DNA from: Octopus sinensis | Lineage: Eukaryota | Assembly (NCBI RefSeq): GCF_006345805.1 | Contig: NC_042999.1 | Location: 96,100,001-96,164,000, forward strand | Length of the DNA stretch: 64,000 nt | Reading direction: 5' to 3' | Shown: one piece after another, positions 1-12,526 of the stretch | Layout of the letters: the number at the start of each line of letters is the position of its first letter | How positions within the stretch are numbered: the first letter of the stretch is position 1 | The notes under the pieces: generated by a model | What the model was told of the DNA's origin: nothing | What the model saw: the letters and a program-made list of their open reading frames with translations, nothing else | Database searches by the model: none | Position numbers and translations under genes: made by a program

Positions 1-120
1 TTTTGAACATAGTCAAGTTTTATCTTTCTTATATGAAAAACAAATAAATAAAATTTGAACATAGTTATACATTTAATGAAACATGCAGAAAAGAAAAGCA
101 GTTCCCCACATATAAAAACA

Positions 121-163
<43 letters not shown>

Positions 164-410
164 CACTATATATGTATATATACATATACATAAAGTAACA
201 AAATAAGGAAAGGAATTCCTTCAAAGGGGTGTGTAAAACATCCAATTCACAGGTATGTCAGTTGAATACCGCATAAATATAGATATAATGCAAATTACAA
301 ACAATAAGTTAAATAGAGAGATTCAATTGACAATCCAATAGTTTATTTATATTAAAATATAACATAATAGACTATGAATACAATATAAGGTAGCATAAAA
401 AACCATTAAA

Positions 411-508
411 AAGCCAAAAGAGCCAACAATTTGTTTCAACTTATATATATTATTTGATTTATAAACAATTCTTATCCACTTATATAAGTCTCTTCAGAGC
501 TTTGGTTT
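411..508 (-). ncRNA. Type-I hammerhead ribozyme motif, inverted second copy
   Basis: The reverse complement reads aaaccaaagct-CTGAAGA-gacttatata...tatataagtt-GAAAC-aaatt-GTT-ggctcttttgg. Stem II is fully paired (G.U closing pair). Core at 497-491, GAAA at 437-434, GUU at 427-425. Confidence 0.72.
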
Positions 509-544
509 AAAGACAGACAAAATTCTGTGTAAAAGGACAGCTGA

Positions 545-650
545 ACTGGAGAAAAATTAATTCAAAATAGTAGGTACTTGTCCAAGAACTGAACCTGAAA
601 CTACATGTTGGGAAGCAAGATCCTTAACCATACCAAAAAGCCTCTACATC
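545..650 (-). mobile_element. tRNA-derived SINE head fragment (family A)
   Basis: The reverse complement ggtatggttaaggatcttgcttcccaacatgtagtttcaggttcagt matches the SINE heads at 935, 39268 and 44615. Confidence 0.6.
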
Positions 651-675
651 TGTGTGTGTGTATGTATGTGTCTGT

Positions 676-774
676 AAACCAAAGCTCTGAAGAGACTTAT
701 ATAAGTGGATAAGAATTGTTTATAAATCAAAATAATATATATAAATCGAAACAAATTGTTGGCTCTTGTGGTTT
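676..774 (+). ncRNA. Type-I hammerhead ribozyme motif (Penelope pLTR/retrozyme-like)
   Basis: CTGAAGA at 687-693. Stem II gacttatata/tatataaatc (10 bp, 1 mismatch, about 30-nt loop). GAAA at 748-751. Short stem III ACA-aat-TGT, cleavage triplet GUU at 758-760. Stem I aaaccaaagct pairs with ggctcttgtggttt, with bulges. Confidence 0.72.
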
Positions 775-844
775 TTTAATGATTTTTATGGTATCTTATA
801 TTATATTCATAGTATATTATGTTATATTATAATATAAATATGTA

Positions 845-884
<40 letters not shown>

Positions 885-929
885 ACACATACACCTCCAC
901 ATGCATGTGCATACACACACAGATATAAA

Positions 930-1085
930 CATGTTTGAATGGTTAAGAACCTTGCTTTCCAAACATGTAGTCTCAGGTTCAGTCCTTGTGTAAGTACTTT
1001 CTATTATTGTCCTGAGCTGACCAAAGCCTTGTGAGTGAATTTGATAAATAGAAACTGAATGAAGCCCATCATGTGTGTGTGTACT
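930..1085 (+). mobile_element. tRNA-derived SINE, 5' half (family A)
   Basis: tggttaagaaccttgc...ggttcagtcc...gaccaaagccttgtgagtgaatttg...gaaactgaatgaagccc, shared with the 10047 and 39913 copies. Confidence 0.75.
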
Positions 1086-1490
1086 TGTCTTTACATTACA
1101 TGATGGTTATAAATGTGTATCACCATCATACAAACATTGTTGGTCATTTACAGTCTTCTGTGGAAATAGTACATTGCTTGGAAACAGGAAAATCTGTCAT
1201 AACAAATTCTGACTCAGGGAAAAATGGACATGAAAATTCTAGAATGCATTTATGGCCTAGGTAATTTACATAGATTAAACAACAAGCTAAGATAGAGAAC
1301 TTAGAGTAGCCAGTGACACCTCTACAGACAGCAAAGGAAAATATAGCTATATCAAATACCTTACAACATAAATTCTTGCCTTATTGAAATTATCTCCCTC
1401 TCTAGAAGTTGTGTCAACATTACCAAATGGTTGCTAAGGACAGCTCCATATGAGAAGGAGAGATCATCTCAAGAATCAAGAACCAGTATG

Positions 1491-1521
<31 letters not shown>

Positions 1522-1539
1522 ATATAATATAATATATGA

Positions 1540-1795
1540 TTTGTGAAGGCTTTGGCCTAGTTGTTAGGCTGTTGTACTTACAATTAATAGATCAAGGGTT
1601 CATTTCCTGGACTGGGTAGCATGTTGTGTTCTTGAGCAAAACACTACATTTCACATTGCTCCAGTCTCCCTTTCAATTAAGGTGGGATGCTGATGTGTTC
1701 GTCTAGTCAACTGGATGTCGTCATTTGAAGGATAAAACTATGCAAATGCACTGTGATCAGTGATATGTAACAAAATGTGATAGTCTGGTTGCTCA
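1540..1795 (+). mobile_element. tRNA-headed SINE (family C)
   Basis: A-box-like tggcctagttgttagg, B-box-like gggttcatttcc, then a gtgttcttgagcaaaacact core. A related reverse copy lies at about 8850-9020. Confidence 0.55.
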
Positions 1796-1815
1796 CATGA
1801 AGATCACATGATATA

Positions 1816-1950
1816 TCATTTAATGTACACTATATAAAGATATGAGCTTCTAATAGTTTCTAGCTTAGGAGACGCATACCTAGGTAGGTTTTTATAACAT
1901 GCCTAGAAACGGTTAGTTTTTCATATCTTTATACTGTGTACATTAAATGA
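1816..1950. mobile_element. 135-bp MITE-like palindrome flanked by TA
   Basis: Arms tcatttaatgtacac..tataaagatatga...gtttctag are reverse-complementary over about 50 bp (first 30 bp with 2 mismatches). TA lies on both sides. Confidence 0.75.
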
Positions 1951-2154
1951 TATTTATCTCTCACTGGATGGAGTAATTCTTTTGTTGATCTTACCATAAC
2001 AGAACAGTAAACTATATATCATCATCCTCATCATCCTTTAACATTTGTTTTCTATGCTGGCATTGGTTGGACAGTTTGACCAGAACTGGGAAGCTGCACC
2101 AGGTTCCAGTCTGATTTGGTTTGGTTTCTATGGTTGGATATCCTTCCTAATAAT

Positions 2155-3700
2155 ATCAACCACAGTGCTCCTGATGATATGAAATTAAAGCACCTACTCA
2201 TGTATCACTCCAAAAATCCAAGAACTTTGAAGGGATATGCAATGTTTAATTTACCTAAGCTTTGGCATTCATTTAAGAAGTCCTACATGACATATATATA
2301 ATATTTCAAATAAAACATTTCTCCTTTTAGACAAATTAACAAACCACCATGGGCGTAGAATGTATACCTGACAATACAACTTCTTTGCTCCAGCCAATGG
2401 ATCAAAGTGTAATAGCTAACATCAAGGCATATCAGCTGAGAAGGACTTTCAAACATCTAAAATGAAACCAAAAGACAGTAGAAAAAACTTACAGTTCTAG
2501 AAGACTTTTAGACATTTAAAATATTGCATGTTGTAGATAATATTGCTAAGTGTTGGATGAAGTGAAACCCTCACCTTTGAACTGTGTTTGAAAAAATATA
2601 TGGCCAGGCTTTATTTCTGACATTACCACTTTTCCACAAGCAGAAAATGTGCATCAAATTCAGAAAGATATTCTAACACTTGCTAATCATCATCATCATC
2701 ATCATCGTTTAACGTCCGCTTTCCATGCTAGCATGGGTTAGACGGTTCAACTGGGGTCTGGGAAGCCCGAAGGCTGCACCAGGCCAGCCAGATCTGGCAG
2801 TGTTTCTACAGCTGGATGCCCTTCCTAATGCCAACCACTCCTTGAGTGTAGTGGTTGCTTTTTATGTGCCATCGACACAGGTGCCAAACAAGGCTGGTGA
2901 ACGGCCACGCTCGGATGGTGCTTTTTACGTGCCTCCAGCACGGAGGCCAGGCGAGGCTGGCAATGGCCACGATTGAATGGTGTTTGTTATGTGCCACCAG
3001 CACAGAGGCCAGTTGATGCAGTGCTGGCTACAGCCACGTTCGGATGGTTCTCTTATGTGCCACCGGCACTGGTAACACAACTACAAATTCCATTGATGTT
3101 GATTGATTTTGATTTTTTGATTCTCACTTGCCTCAACAGGTCTTCACAAGTAGAGTTATGTGTCCCAAGAAGGAAGGTATGCACCGGTGGACTGACTACG
3201 TCCCAGGTAGGGGCCACGGGTTATGGCCTCACTTGTCCTGCCGGGTCTTCTCTAATGATGTAAGGTTTGAAGAAGTCGTAGAGTTTTGAGGTGATTGAAT
3301 TGCTAATGGCCCACTGATAAAGTTTACCTAAAAAGGAGCTAATATTGTGAGAACAAATACAAGCTGAGAATACAAAAAGTCCACTAAATCTACTTAAATT
3401 AGCAGCAAAGATTATTGCTAAAGGCTTGGCACTTAGAGGTCAGTCTGCAAGGTTTTGTTGATAACAGTCTTAATCATGAATGTGATGTAAGGGAACATTA
3501 CAGGGAGTTCCCTTTCTACACTGAGATGTATAATGAGATGATATAAGCATCAAATAATTTTGGATATTTTCTTCACCTTCTCAAGTTGATGTTGATAATG
3601 ATATGTTAGAAAATAGTGTCCCTCATCCTCCTAGTAACTTGCATTCCACAACCACCACCTCTCAAACAACAGTCAAAATTTTTTGTACCTTATCATAATA
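2155..3700 (+). mobile_element. Decayed Tigger/pogo transposase remnant, interrupted by an RTE 3'-end insertion
   Basis: Translates to KLKHLLMYHSKNPRTLKG...LPKLWHSFKKSYMT and NTTSLLQPMDQSVIANIKAY.LRRTF, and continues (TLANDVRFEEV) across the insertion. These are pogo/Tigger DDE_1 motifs with stops and frameshifts. Confidence 0.8.
2688..3251 (-). mobile_element. 5'-truncated RTE LINE 3' end (last codons plus 3' UTR with internal tandem units and (ATG)n tail)
   Basis: Starts with gagaagacccggcaggacaagtgag, the same ORF end as the RTE at 15700-15729. Has 3-4 tggcac(g/a)taa..a.cacca units and a (gat)n tail. CTAAT duplication at 2683-2687 and 3252-3256. Confidence 0.82.
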
Positions 3701-3804
3701 TGATTCCTATTTATCCCCTAACACATTTCTCTTCAAGTACTTTTATGCATTTTGTATGTGTATGTATATATATATATATTGTGTGTATATAAACACACTA
3801 ATAT

Positions 3805-4560
3805 TAAAAATACTTCTTGTGAACGTGACCTGGGCATTACTGTCAGCAGCTATTTGCACTGGGCAAAGCATGTCTCTAAAATTGTCAAGAAGGCCAAAGG
3901 CATCTTGCATTCATTCAGCAAGAGCTTTGTCAGCTGCTCTCCAACTATCTATTTAAGGCTGTATATGGCTATGGTGCAGCCACACTTGGAATTTGTATCA
4001 CCAGTCTGGAACCCCTATCTTATTCAGAACATTGACCTCCTGAAACTGTTCAGAGACATGCAACCAAGCAAATACTCTCCATCAGGCATCTACCATACTC
4101 TGAATGCCTTGCCTCCCTGAGCATGGAAATGTTGAAGCTCCAACATCTGCAACTGACTTGGTAAACACCCACAAAATTATCAACCATCGTGCCAACAACA
4201 ACCTTGAGCACCTTTTTGAATTCCATTGTCTAACATGCATAGGAATGCCTACAAGTTAGAAAATAGCACAGCTCCCATGGCTTTCAGAAACAGTTTTTAC
4301 AATCAGAGTTGCTGAAGCATGGATAAACTACCTGCGTCAATTGTTAGCTGCTGAGATATTGCATCCTTTAAAACTTCCATGCTTCCTGAAATTCGCCAAG
4401 ACTACACCTGATATCCCTTGCTCCATACATATACACACATGTATATCATGACTCATACACTGTTCACTTTCCTGACATTTGTTCATTATTCTGTGTACTA
4501 CATGTACCTTTCATAAGTTGTAGTGCACCTGAGCACTATACATAATTATTATTATTATTA
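3805..4560 (+). mobile_element. 5'-truncated CR1-clade LINE (RT C-terminus, 3' UTR, (ATT)n tail)
   Basis: ERDLGITVSS.LHW.KHVSKIV.KAKGIL...LYMAMVQPHLEF.SPVWNPY, with a downstream FF.IRVAEAW.KLP-like segment. Frameshifted. Confidence 0.88.
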
Positions 4561-4561
4561 T

Positions 4562-5340
4562 AAAATCATCATTTAATGTCCACATTTCATGCTACATATT
4601 GGACAGTTCAACAGAATCTATTGAGCCAGAGGACTGTGTTGAGCTGAAGTGGATGTCCTTCCTAATGCTAATCACTTACAGTGTTCTAGGTGCTTTCTTC
4701 ATGACACCACCTCACCAAGTAACTCATAGAGCAAGACCCCTTGACTGAATGGAGGTTAGTATCAAGGATGTGACTTTGTGCCAGGAGCTGAAAGGCAAAA
4801 TTATGATCGAGAGACAAGAACAAGTGTCTTCCTGTGGAGGAAATACATGGCTGCTCAAGTGGGAAAGAAAGAGAAGATGATGGTGAGGAAGTATCAGTTC
4901 ATACACTAGTACAAGAATGTAAGTATAATCAAGGATCAAGAAGTGCAAGCAGCTAAGTTTTTAAAAGTGTAAAAGATGAGCGACAGATGGTTATAGGTGG
5001 AGATAGATATGAATGCAGTGAATGAATAACATGCATGGAAACATGGTCAATGTTGAATATCAGTTTGGCAGGGAAAATAAAAATAGGTTAGGGAGGAGAT
5101 AAGTGATTACACAGAAGTTGGGTGGAGAGTAGCTGTATAATAAAGCTGTAGTTGGATGAGAAATAGGGGGCTGATGTGAAGTGAGAGAGAGAGAGAGAGA
5201 TGCATATTGACTAATGGGAATCAGAGGTGTATGAGAGTGGATACGGTGAGTGACATACGAAGATGCTGGCAGTGGTGGTTGTTGTTGATGGCAGATATAA
5301 GAAGCTACTCAGGAGAAATGGCCATTCAGTGGAAAATAAA
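4562..5340 (-). mobile_element. RTE-tail short element with a long purine-skewed extension
   Basis: The catcatttaatgtccac...ggatgtccttcctaatgc tail motif is followed by about 600 nt of G/A-rich sequence. A similar oppositely oriented arrangement lies at about 28270-28870. Confidence 0.4.
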
Positions 5341-5453
5341 GTAGTAAGGAATGATATTGAGAATGTGGGATGGATGACGAAAGGAAGTGGCTCCAAGGTA
5401 AGGTATAACTTGTAACACAAAATATGTGCAGTTCTACCCCCATCTCTCCCCAC

Positions 5454-5538
<85 letters not shown>

Positions 5539-7728
5539 TAGCAATGGCCATGAGAAAAGCAGGATATTTGTAAATTGAGGTGAACACTTCAGACACACAT
5601 AGATCTCATCAGCTTGCATACCCTATGGTATGACTTGGTAATATTTTACGGAACCCCGCTGCAAGGACAACAGTCAAGCTCCACCATAATAGCAGTATTG
5701 TTTCTAATATCCCTTGGTAACCTATCTAGAGCTTCTAGTGCACCACGGTGTGCCATTGTGCATTCATCCCAGACAGTAAGTGTAGTTTGGAGCAGAACCT
5801 CTGCCATCAGTGTTCATTTTGAAATATTGCACATTTGGGCATCGCTGAAGTGAGTTTTTTTGAGCACAAATAGAGGCAGTTTTCTTTGCAGCCCTTGTTT
5901 GTGGGGATAAATAAGAATGTCTTTGTTTTGGTGGTATGGCTGAAAAGAGCAAACAATTAAGAAACATATAAGATGGAAGACAGCAATTTCAAGTTGTGCA
6001 GTGTATTATTTCAATTTTTAGTAAAGAATGAAGATATGTGGAAAAATTCATGTCAACTTGTATACCATTATTATGAGAAGAAGTGGTAAACTCTGAATGA
6101 TTTGGTTGTGTTCTCTGTTGATAAGCATAATGCATTCTTTTAGCTGATATATTGTGGAGTGGATTACTGGCATCATGGAAATTATTGTTTGTCAAGAAGT
6201 GAAGGGGGAGAGTACAATTTGCATGAAAGTGATTTATGTTCTGAGGAAGGATCACAAACTACGTACTGTTTCATGGAATAAAAAGGGGTTAATATGATTT
6301 TTGCCCAGAAATTACATTTTCAAAATTATAATTTCCCCCCCTCCCCACCGAAATTTGCTAATAATTAGCTGTTCTTCAAATTTTGTTTTTTTATGCACAT
6401 GGAAAAATACAGAGATTACGAATCTGAGAAATATAATTTGTTTTTAAAAGTTTAATTTTTCTGAAAGCAATGCTGAGTTCCCCATCAACAACCTGCTTTC
6501 AGGTGAAATGCAAATCTCCTGTATGGAAAACATAGGAATGTGAGTAAATTGAGGATGGGGGTATACAATTGTCATCTTGGACATGCTAGAAACAACAGGT
6601 AATGGACAGAATTTCTGAGATAACTTCCTTATAAGTTTAAATGGAAGATCAGGTTTTGAAATATGCTCATCATAAACAGGAATGACAGAATAGGAAAAGG
6701 TAATTTCCATAAGATTTGAGCTGTAATTTAGCACACAGCAAGAAATAACATAATTCATACAGAACTTTAACTCTGTGTGTGTGCCAAAGGAAGTTATTTT
6801 TGCTTACCATTTTTAATTCCAAAAGAAGGAAATGAAGTTTGTGAAATTGTAAACATGTTGACAGCATAAGGTCTCCATACATTATAAAGAGAAACTGGAA
6901 GAGAGAGATAGTACCTAATTCTATGCATCCCTGAAACATGGGACAAAAGTGAAAATGACCTGAAAATTGTGTGATCTGATCTTATTTCTGGGGTTCTCAG
7001 CATCCCCTCCTCTCCTGCTTTCCCCCTCTCTTTGTGCTAGCTTTCTTACACTTTCACCTATAGAACCTACATACAATATCAACTTTCTGCTGGCTTTCTT
7101 TCACTTTCAACTATAGGACGTACATAAAGTATGAAACATCAGCATTTCTCACTCACCTGCTATCCCTGTCTTTCATCTTCTCCAATAGAAACTTGTTTTC
7201 TGTTTCTTTCTCTTGTTTCTCTGTCTTTTTCTCTTTCTGTGTTTCTCTTGCTCATTCATAAAAATTTATTTCTTTATACTTTGAAGAGAGCAGAAATTGA
7301 GAGAAAAGAGAAAGCAAAAAGGCAAGAGGGAGTAGAAAGAGAAGGGGATGAGAAAGTGAAAGATGTATGTACATGTATATGAAATGGACGTGTGTGTGCG
7401 AGGGAGAGAAAGGGAGAAAGAAAGTGAGAGAGAGAGAGTTAGTGAGTGAAGGTGTGTGTCGTGATGATGTATGTCTTTGAAGGTACACTCTCATATAGAA
7501 AATGTGACATCATTGTCATCATATAAAATGTTTACAATAGTTAACTTATGGAATAGATTATAATGTTAAATTTTTGTAATGCAAATATGTGAATGAAAAT
7601 AAAGTTTATTTGGTAGCTGAAACAGTACTGAATCTTTTGATACCCATACATCAAAATTGGTAACTCGGTTTTGGAATGCATAAGGAACATACATACACAC
7701 ACACAAACTCTCTTTTATAGGTATATAG

Positions 7729-7759
<31 letters not shown>

Positions 7760-7799
7760 CATACACATTCATAAATATATATAAATATCAAATTGGATT

Positions 7800-8400
7800 A
7801 CAAATTGTCAAGGTCTTTTTTAGTAAATGCTGATGGTTGGTTTAAAGCATTGTTAAACGTTTCAGCCTATTTTTTTCAAGAGGTCTGATGGATTTGTAAT
7901 GCTTTTAATTCAATTCTTAGACATCACATAGGCCACCTCTGTATCTTGTTTCATAGACTCACTTTAGATGATCATAACAGGATTTCAAATCATTTATGTC
8001 AAGAGACTTTTGCAGATCAGCAATTCTTTCATTCCACAGAGCTTTGATCCACCTTTTTTTTTAAATGTTGGTGTAAGCTTGCTTGTTTTAGTAGATGCTT
8101 TCTTTTCGCACTATGACTTGGAAAAGACATGTAGCTCATATCATCAGCATTAGATTACTTTTATTTTGGAGATTTTGTGTGCTGAATTCAGTTTGGCCTG
8201 AGCTTTCATTCTAGGATCTTTGAGATTTTTGCATTGAGGGTGACCTTGGTTTCACCTCTTTAATTGGCTGATGCCTTTACTGAATTTAGCTCACTGCAAT
8301 TTATGATCTGACTGAAGGAATGCAAGAGTCAGTTTGATTGATTTCTTGTCACATTGACACATTGGCAAACAATTATAAGATCAAGTTCAGGCTAATATTT
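7800..8400 (-). mobile_element. Old LINE (RTE-like) fragment, endonuclease end/linker region
   Basis: Minus-strand translation gives LDLIIV...SDHKL..AK and a K.AETFN.ALNQP-like segment. Heavily disrupted. Confidence 0.4.
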
Positions 8401-10046
8401 ATTGTGCGGATCTTTTCAAGCACTTTCATATTTGTTTCATTCCAAACACCATAAATATATATAATTTTGTTCCATGTCATATGATTTGACCCAACTCTGA
8501 CAATGAGAAGGGAAAGCGATCATTACAGCAGCAGCGTTTCTCTGTGGAAGAAAGGTAAGGAAGAGTGGATGATCACTGTAGAGATTGGGTAGGATTGAGG
8601 GCGTGGATGTAGTGAATGGTAGTATACACAAGTGCTGAGAGAGGTAGGTGTGTATGGTGAGAATAAGAGGTGTATAGTGCTGGAAAAGGAGAGATAATCT
8701 GATGGCCCAGAAGGGTGATCAATGTAAAAATTTGGGTGGAGAATACAGTATTAAGAATGAGGGATGGATATCAAATGAAAAAGTTCAAATGAGAAAAGTA
8801 AGTTGTTTTGCTGAAAAGCAGGTGAAGGATACAGTTCTGCTGACATTGTATCAGCTACAGTCTTGGATGTTGTTATACACTGTGCTTCTTTGCATTGTAG
8901 CTTTTGAATGATATCACCCAACTGACTAGGTGGGCAGGCCAGCATTTGCCCTGAATAGAATGCTTGTCCATCACAGAGCTATGCATTTATAGCTGAGTGG
9001 ACTAATTAAAGCAGTATAAAATGTAATATATTTATATATTATCCTCATTTAATGTCTGTTATCCATACTGGCATGGGTTGGATGGTGTGACCAGAGCTGG
9101 CAAGCTGGAGGGCTGCACCAGACTCCAGACTGTGGTATTTCCCAAATAACTGTTGTCGCTGAGATACCAACATCAAACTATATCTCCGCATAGCCTTCCT
9201 CAACCAATCACAGCCCACCTTACAGTAATAGCAATCAACTTTTCTCATTCAAATTTAAAATGGCTGAAGATTATCATCATGCTTGAAACTCCGAAGTACC
9301 ATGAATTTGAATCAAACTGTTTTGATCCATATATATGCATGCTTGTGTGTTTGTATGCATATATATGTGCATTTTTAAAATATTTACACTTACATATGCT
9401 TACATTCATGCAATTTCTTTTCTTTATTTAGTCAGAACACCTTGAAATATTTGTTTAAGTCCCTTTTACATCTGCATTAAAACTTCTCAAAAGCTGACTG
9501 AGTATCATCTTCTCATGGTTGATAAAATCATGTCAAATACTAGTCAAGTACTAGTGTTGATTATGTTGACTACTTCCTCTCTTCTGAAAATATGGATTTG
9601 TTCCTATGTTAGGAAACTTACTATAGCTACTTTACATATATAAAACACATTTTAGTTATTATTGTGTGCTACCATCTATGCTTATAACTGACTTCCTTCT
9701 CTGCATAGTTACATTATCAGGACTCTTTGTTGTCACTTTGATTCTCATGGATTTTTTTTTATCTTTATGCTGTCCAACCTTTTGATCATTCATTGCAATC
9801 CTCTTCAGCAGTATGAATGAAGATAGCATCACTTTGATTCATTTTTTTGTGAATACTAATTCCATTTATTTAATTCTGAAAGAAAATGTAATCTTAGATA
9901 TTACATCAGATAGTTTATTTATCTCTAAAAGGATGTCTCATCCAGTCAAATTTCTTAGAACATATGGTTGAGCTTGAGTATTGTTAGTTTTGTTTTATAA
10001 CCATATACTTACATTTTTCAAGTATCTAAGTTTCATGTGTGTGTGT

Positions 10047-10438
10047 GTATAGTCACAACATTGCTGTGTGCTACAGTTTCCTTCCCAACACATGGTTTCA
10101 AGTTGAGTCTCACTGCATGCTACCTTGGATAAATGTCTTCTACTATAGTCCCAGGTCAACCAAAGCCTTGTGAGTGGGTTTGGTAGATGGAAACTGAAAG
10201 AAACTCATTGTATATGTGTAGATATATATGTGCGTGTGTCTTTGTGTTTGTATTTGTTCTCTACCACTGCTTGTTTATGTCCCATGACTTAGTAGTTTGG
10301 CATAGGAGACCAAGAGAGTAAGTGCCAGAATCTTTTTTAAATAAGTACTGGAGTTGGTTTGTTTGACTAAAAACACCTTTCTAAGTGGTATCTCTGCATG
10401 GTTGCAATCCAGTGATTGAAACAAGTAAACGATAAAAT
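10047..10438 (+). mobile_element. Near-full-length decayed tRNA-derived SINE (family A)
   Basis: Collinear with the 39913-40325 copy, including the gaaacaagtaaa tail. Confidence 0.8.
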
Positions 10439-12526
10439 ATATGAATGAATTACTTCTTGTATGTAATAAAATTCAGTGATTTCTGGCATTTCGGTTGCTC
10501 TATATATGAAATAGATTTAGTATAATGTGTATTCAATCAATTGTCCCGAGTCACCATTTCGTTTCTAGCTAAACACCATTCTATACAGAATGCAGTAATG
10601 CTTTTATGTAAAATACTTTGCAATCTTCAATCATCCGGTGTAACAGTAGTTTGAAACATGACTTTCTGCTTCAAATTACTTTATCAAAATGAAAATATCC
10701 ACTGTGCTTATATGTTCATATATGTGCATACAACTGTTCATATATTTATATGAAGAAGGAAGAAATGTATATTTCATTGAAGTCCCATCAAAAACTATGT
10801 TGTATGTGTTTAAAATAATATTAACTTTAATGTGATGTATGATTGTGGTGATTTTAGTTATGAAATAATACTATCTTTGTTTCTGTTATTATATTCAACT
10901 TTTGCTTTACTTCACTGAAATTAGTTGAATGAATCTTTAAAGTACAACTTTAGTTACAGACTCTGGAAATGGATGAGGGCAATGGGAGTAATTTATATTA
11001 ATGAGGAGGATGACAATGAGTGTTCTTCTAAAAAGTGGAATAATAGTAGTTTGACTACATTGCCATACATTTTCTTGTCCTGCTTTTTTGTGTATGCGGT
11101 ACAATATATATATTGCATAGTTGCACACACTATTATGGTATGAAGAGTGATGTTTATTAAGTTTTTGTAGTTTGTCATAGATATTGCTTGACTATGTTGT
11201 TGTGTCCACCCCAACCAAATATAATTATACAGAGAAGTGTGTGTGGAATATATTCAAAGTCTAGCACTATTATTTAGCTGTAAAATGTTTAAAAGTTACT
11301 TAATACAAACTCTCTAAATGTTTAAATATTTGGCATAAAGTGTTTTCTCTCTCATGAATAAATTTCCTCTAGAAAAAATAGCAAAAATGTGAATGATAAA
11401 CAGCTAATAGAAAGATATTTTACTATTTGCAACTTTACAAAAATATTGCAAAAGCATTTCTGTCATTATTATGGCAATATACAAAAATATTCTAAATTAT
11501 AAACATAAATTGTTTTTTATTAAATTTGTAATACTATTTCATAAAAATTCTGGTTAATTTTATGGTCCATAGTTAAGGAAATTGTTAAATATTAATATAT
11601 GGGAAACATAAATGTAAAAGGAGCCATTTTCTTTACTAGAATTATCTGTTCTCATTTCAGTTTCAATCTTCAAAGCAATGAGTTGATAGAAACATTGGAT
11701 AGATTTGTTTCTTTAACATTGTTATGTTCATTGAAGATTATTCTTCTTGAATGATTTTATGCAAATGGTATTTGAGATATTGAATAGGTGGAGATACTTA
11801 ATTGGAAAAGTCTACAAAATATTCAATATTTCCTCTCAGACTACTAAATATATCCATATTATAAATGTTGAAGTTAATAAATAAAAAGAAAATGTGTAAA
11901 ATTTAAAGATTTTCACACCACCCTCAGCTGGTAAACATCTACTCTAAGACAAACATAAAATGAAACATTTTTAAAATATCGAGCTGCAGTATCCTCTTGT
12001 CAGTTACTATAGCATCACTTTTTGTTGATATTAATGAAATATATATTTCACAAACACTAAGCACATGCATGTACAATTATTATGTGTGTTTATAAAAAGT
12101 GCTTCTTTTATAATTAGTGTATCTGCAGTGGATATTTGGCATAGTGTAAATATATAAAGAAAAGAAATTTCATTTCGGGCAGTTTCATTTGTGTTAAATA
12201 TACTTCATGAAGGGTTTAATATTTTAAATATTCAGAACTATAAAATTTAGATTGAATTATCAAGTACTTGTGGTTTAAATTAGATGCTATTTTTGGGTAT
12301 ATAGAAGATTGTGACATAAAGTGAAACTAATGAAAACCTGTAAATTAATGCACAAGTTCTTGAAATTTCTAATTTGATATATAGTTTCACATTAGAATTC
12401 AGTTTAACATCATTTATTTTACACTTTCAAAACACCTTTAAAATCAAACTGAAAAATTCATCAGGGTGTATATCAGTTCTGTTTGATCTTCTAATGTCTT
12501 CACAACAAACAACCAAGTATACAAAA

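Larger units (their letters stand above)
345..840. repeat. About 165-bp inverted repeat (arms about 345-509 and 675-840, roughly 93% identical), each arm beginning with a hammerhead; probable Penelope-like pseudo-LTR pair
   Basis: Manual alignment gives about 12 differences over about 165 nt. The spacer holds a SINE-head fragment and (TG)n. The right arm ends in (TA)n. Confidence 0.85.

Noticed and set aside
5309-5596. ORF-track entries rich in IY/YI, HT, RE, N or I runs (also 7566, 22243, 24102, 40086, 50214, 58244, 62833)
   Set aside because: These are translations of microsatellites or SINEs, not genes.
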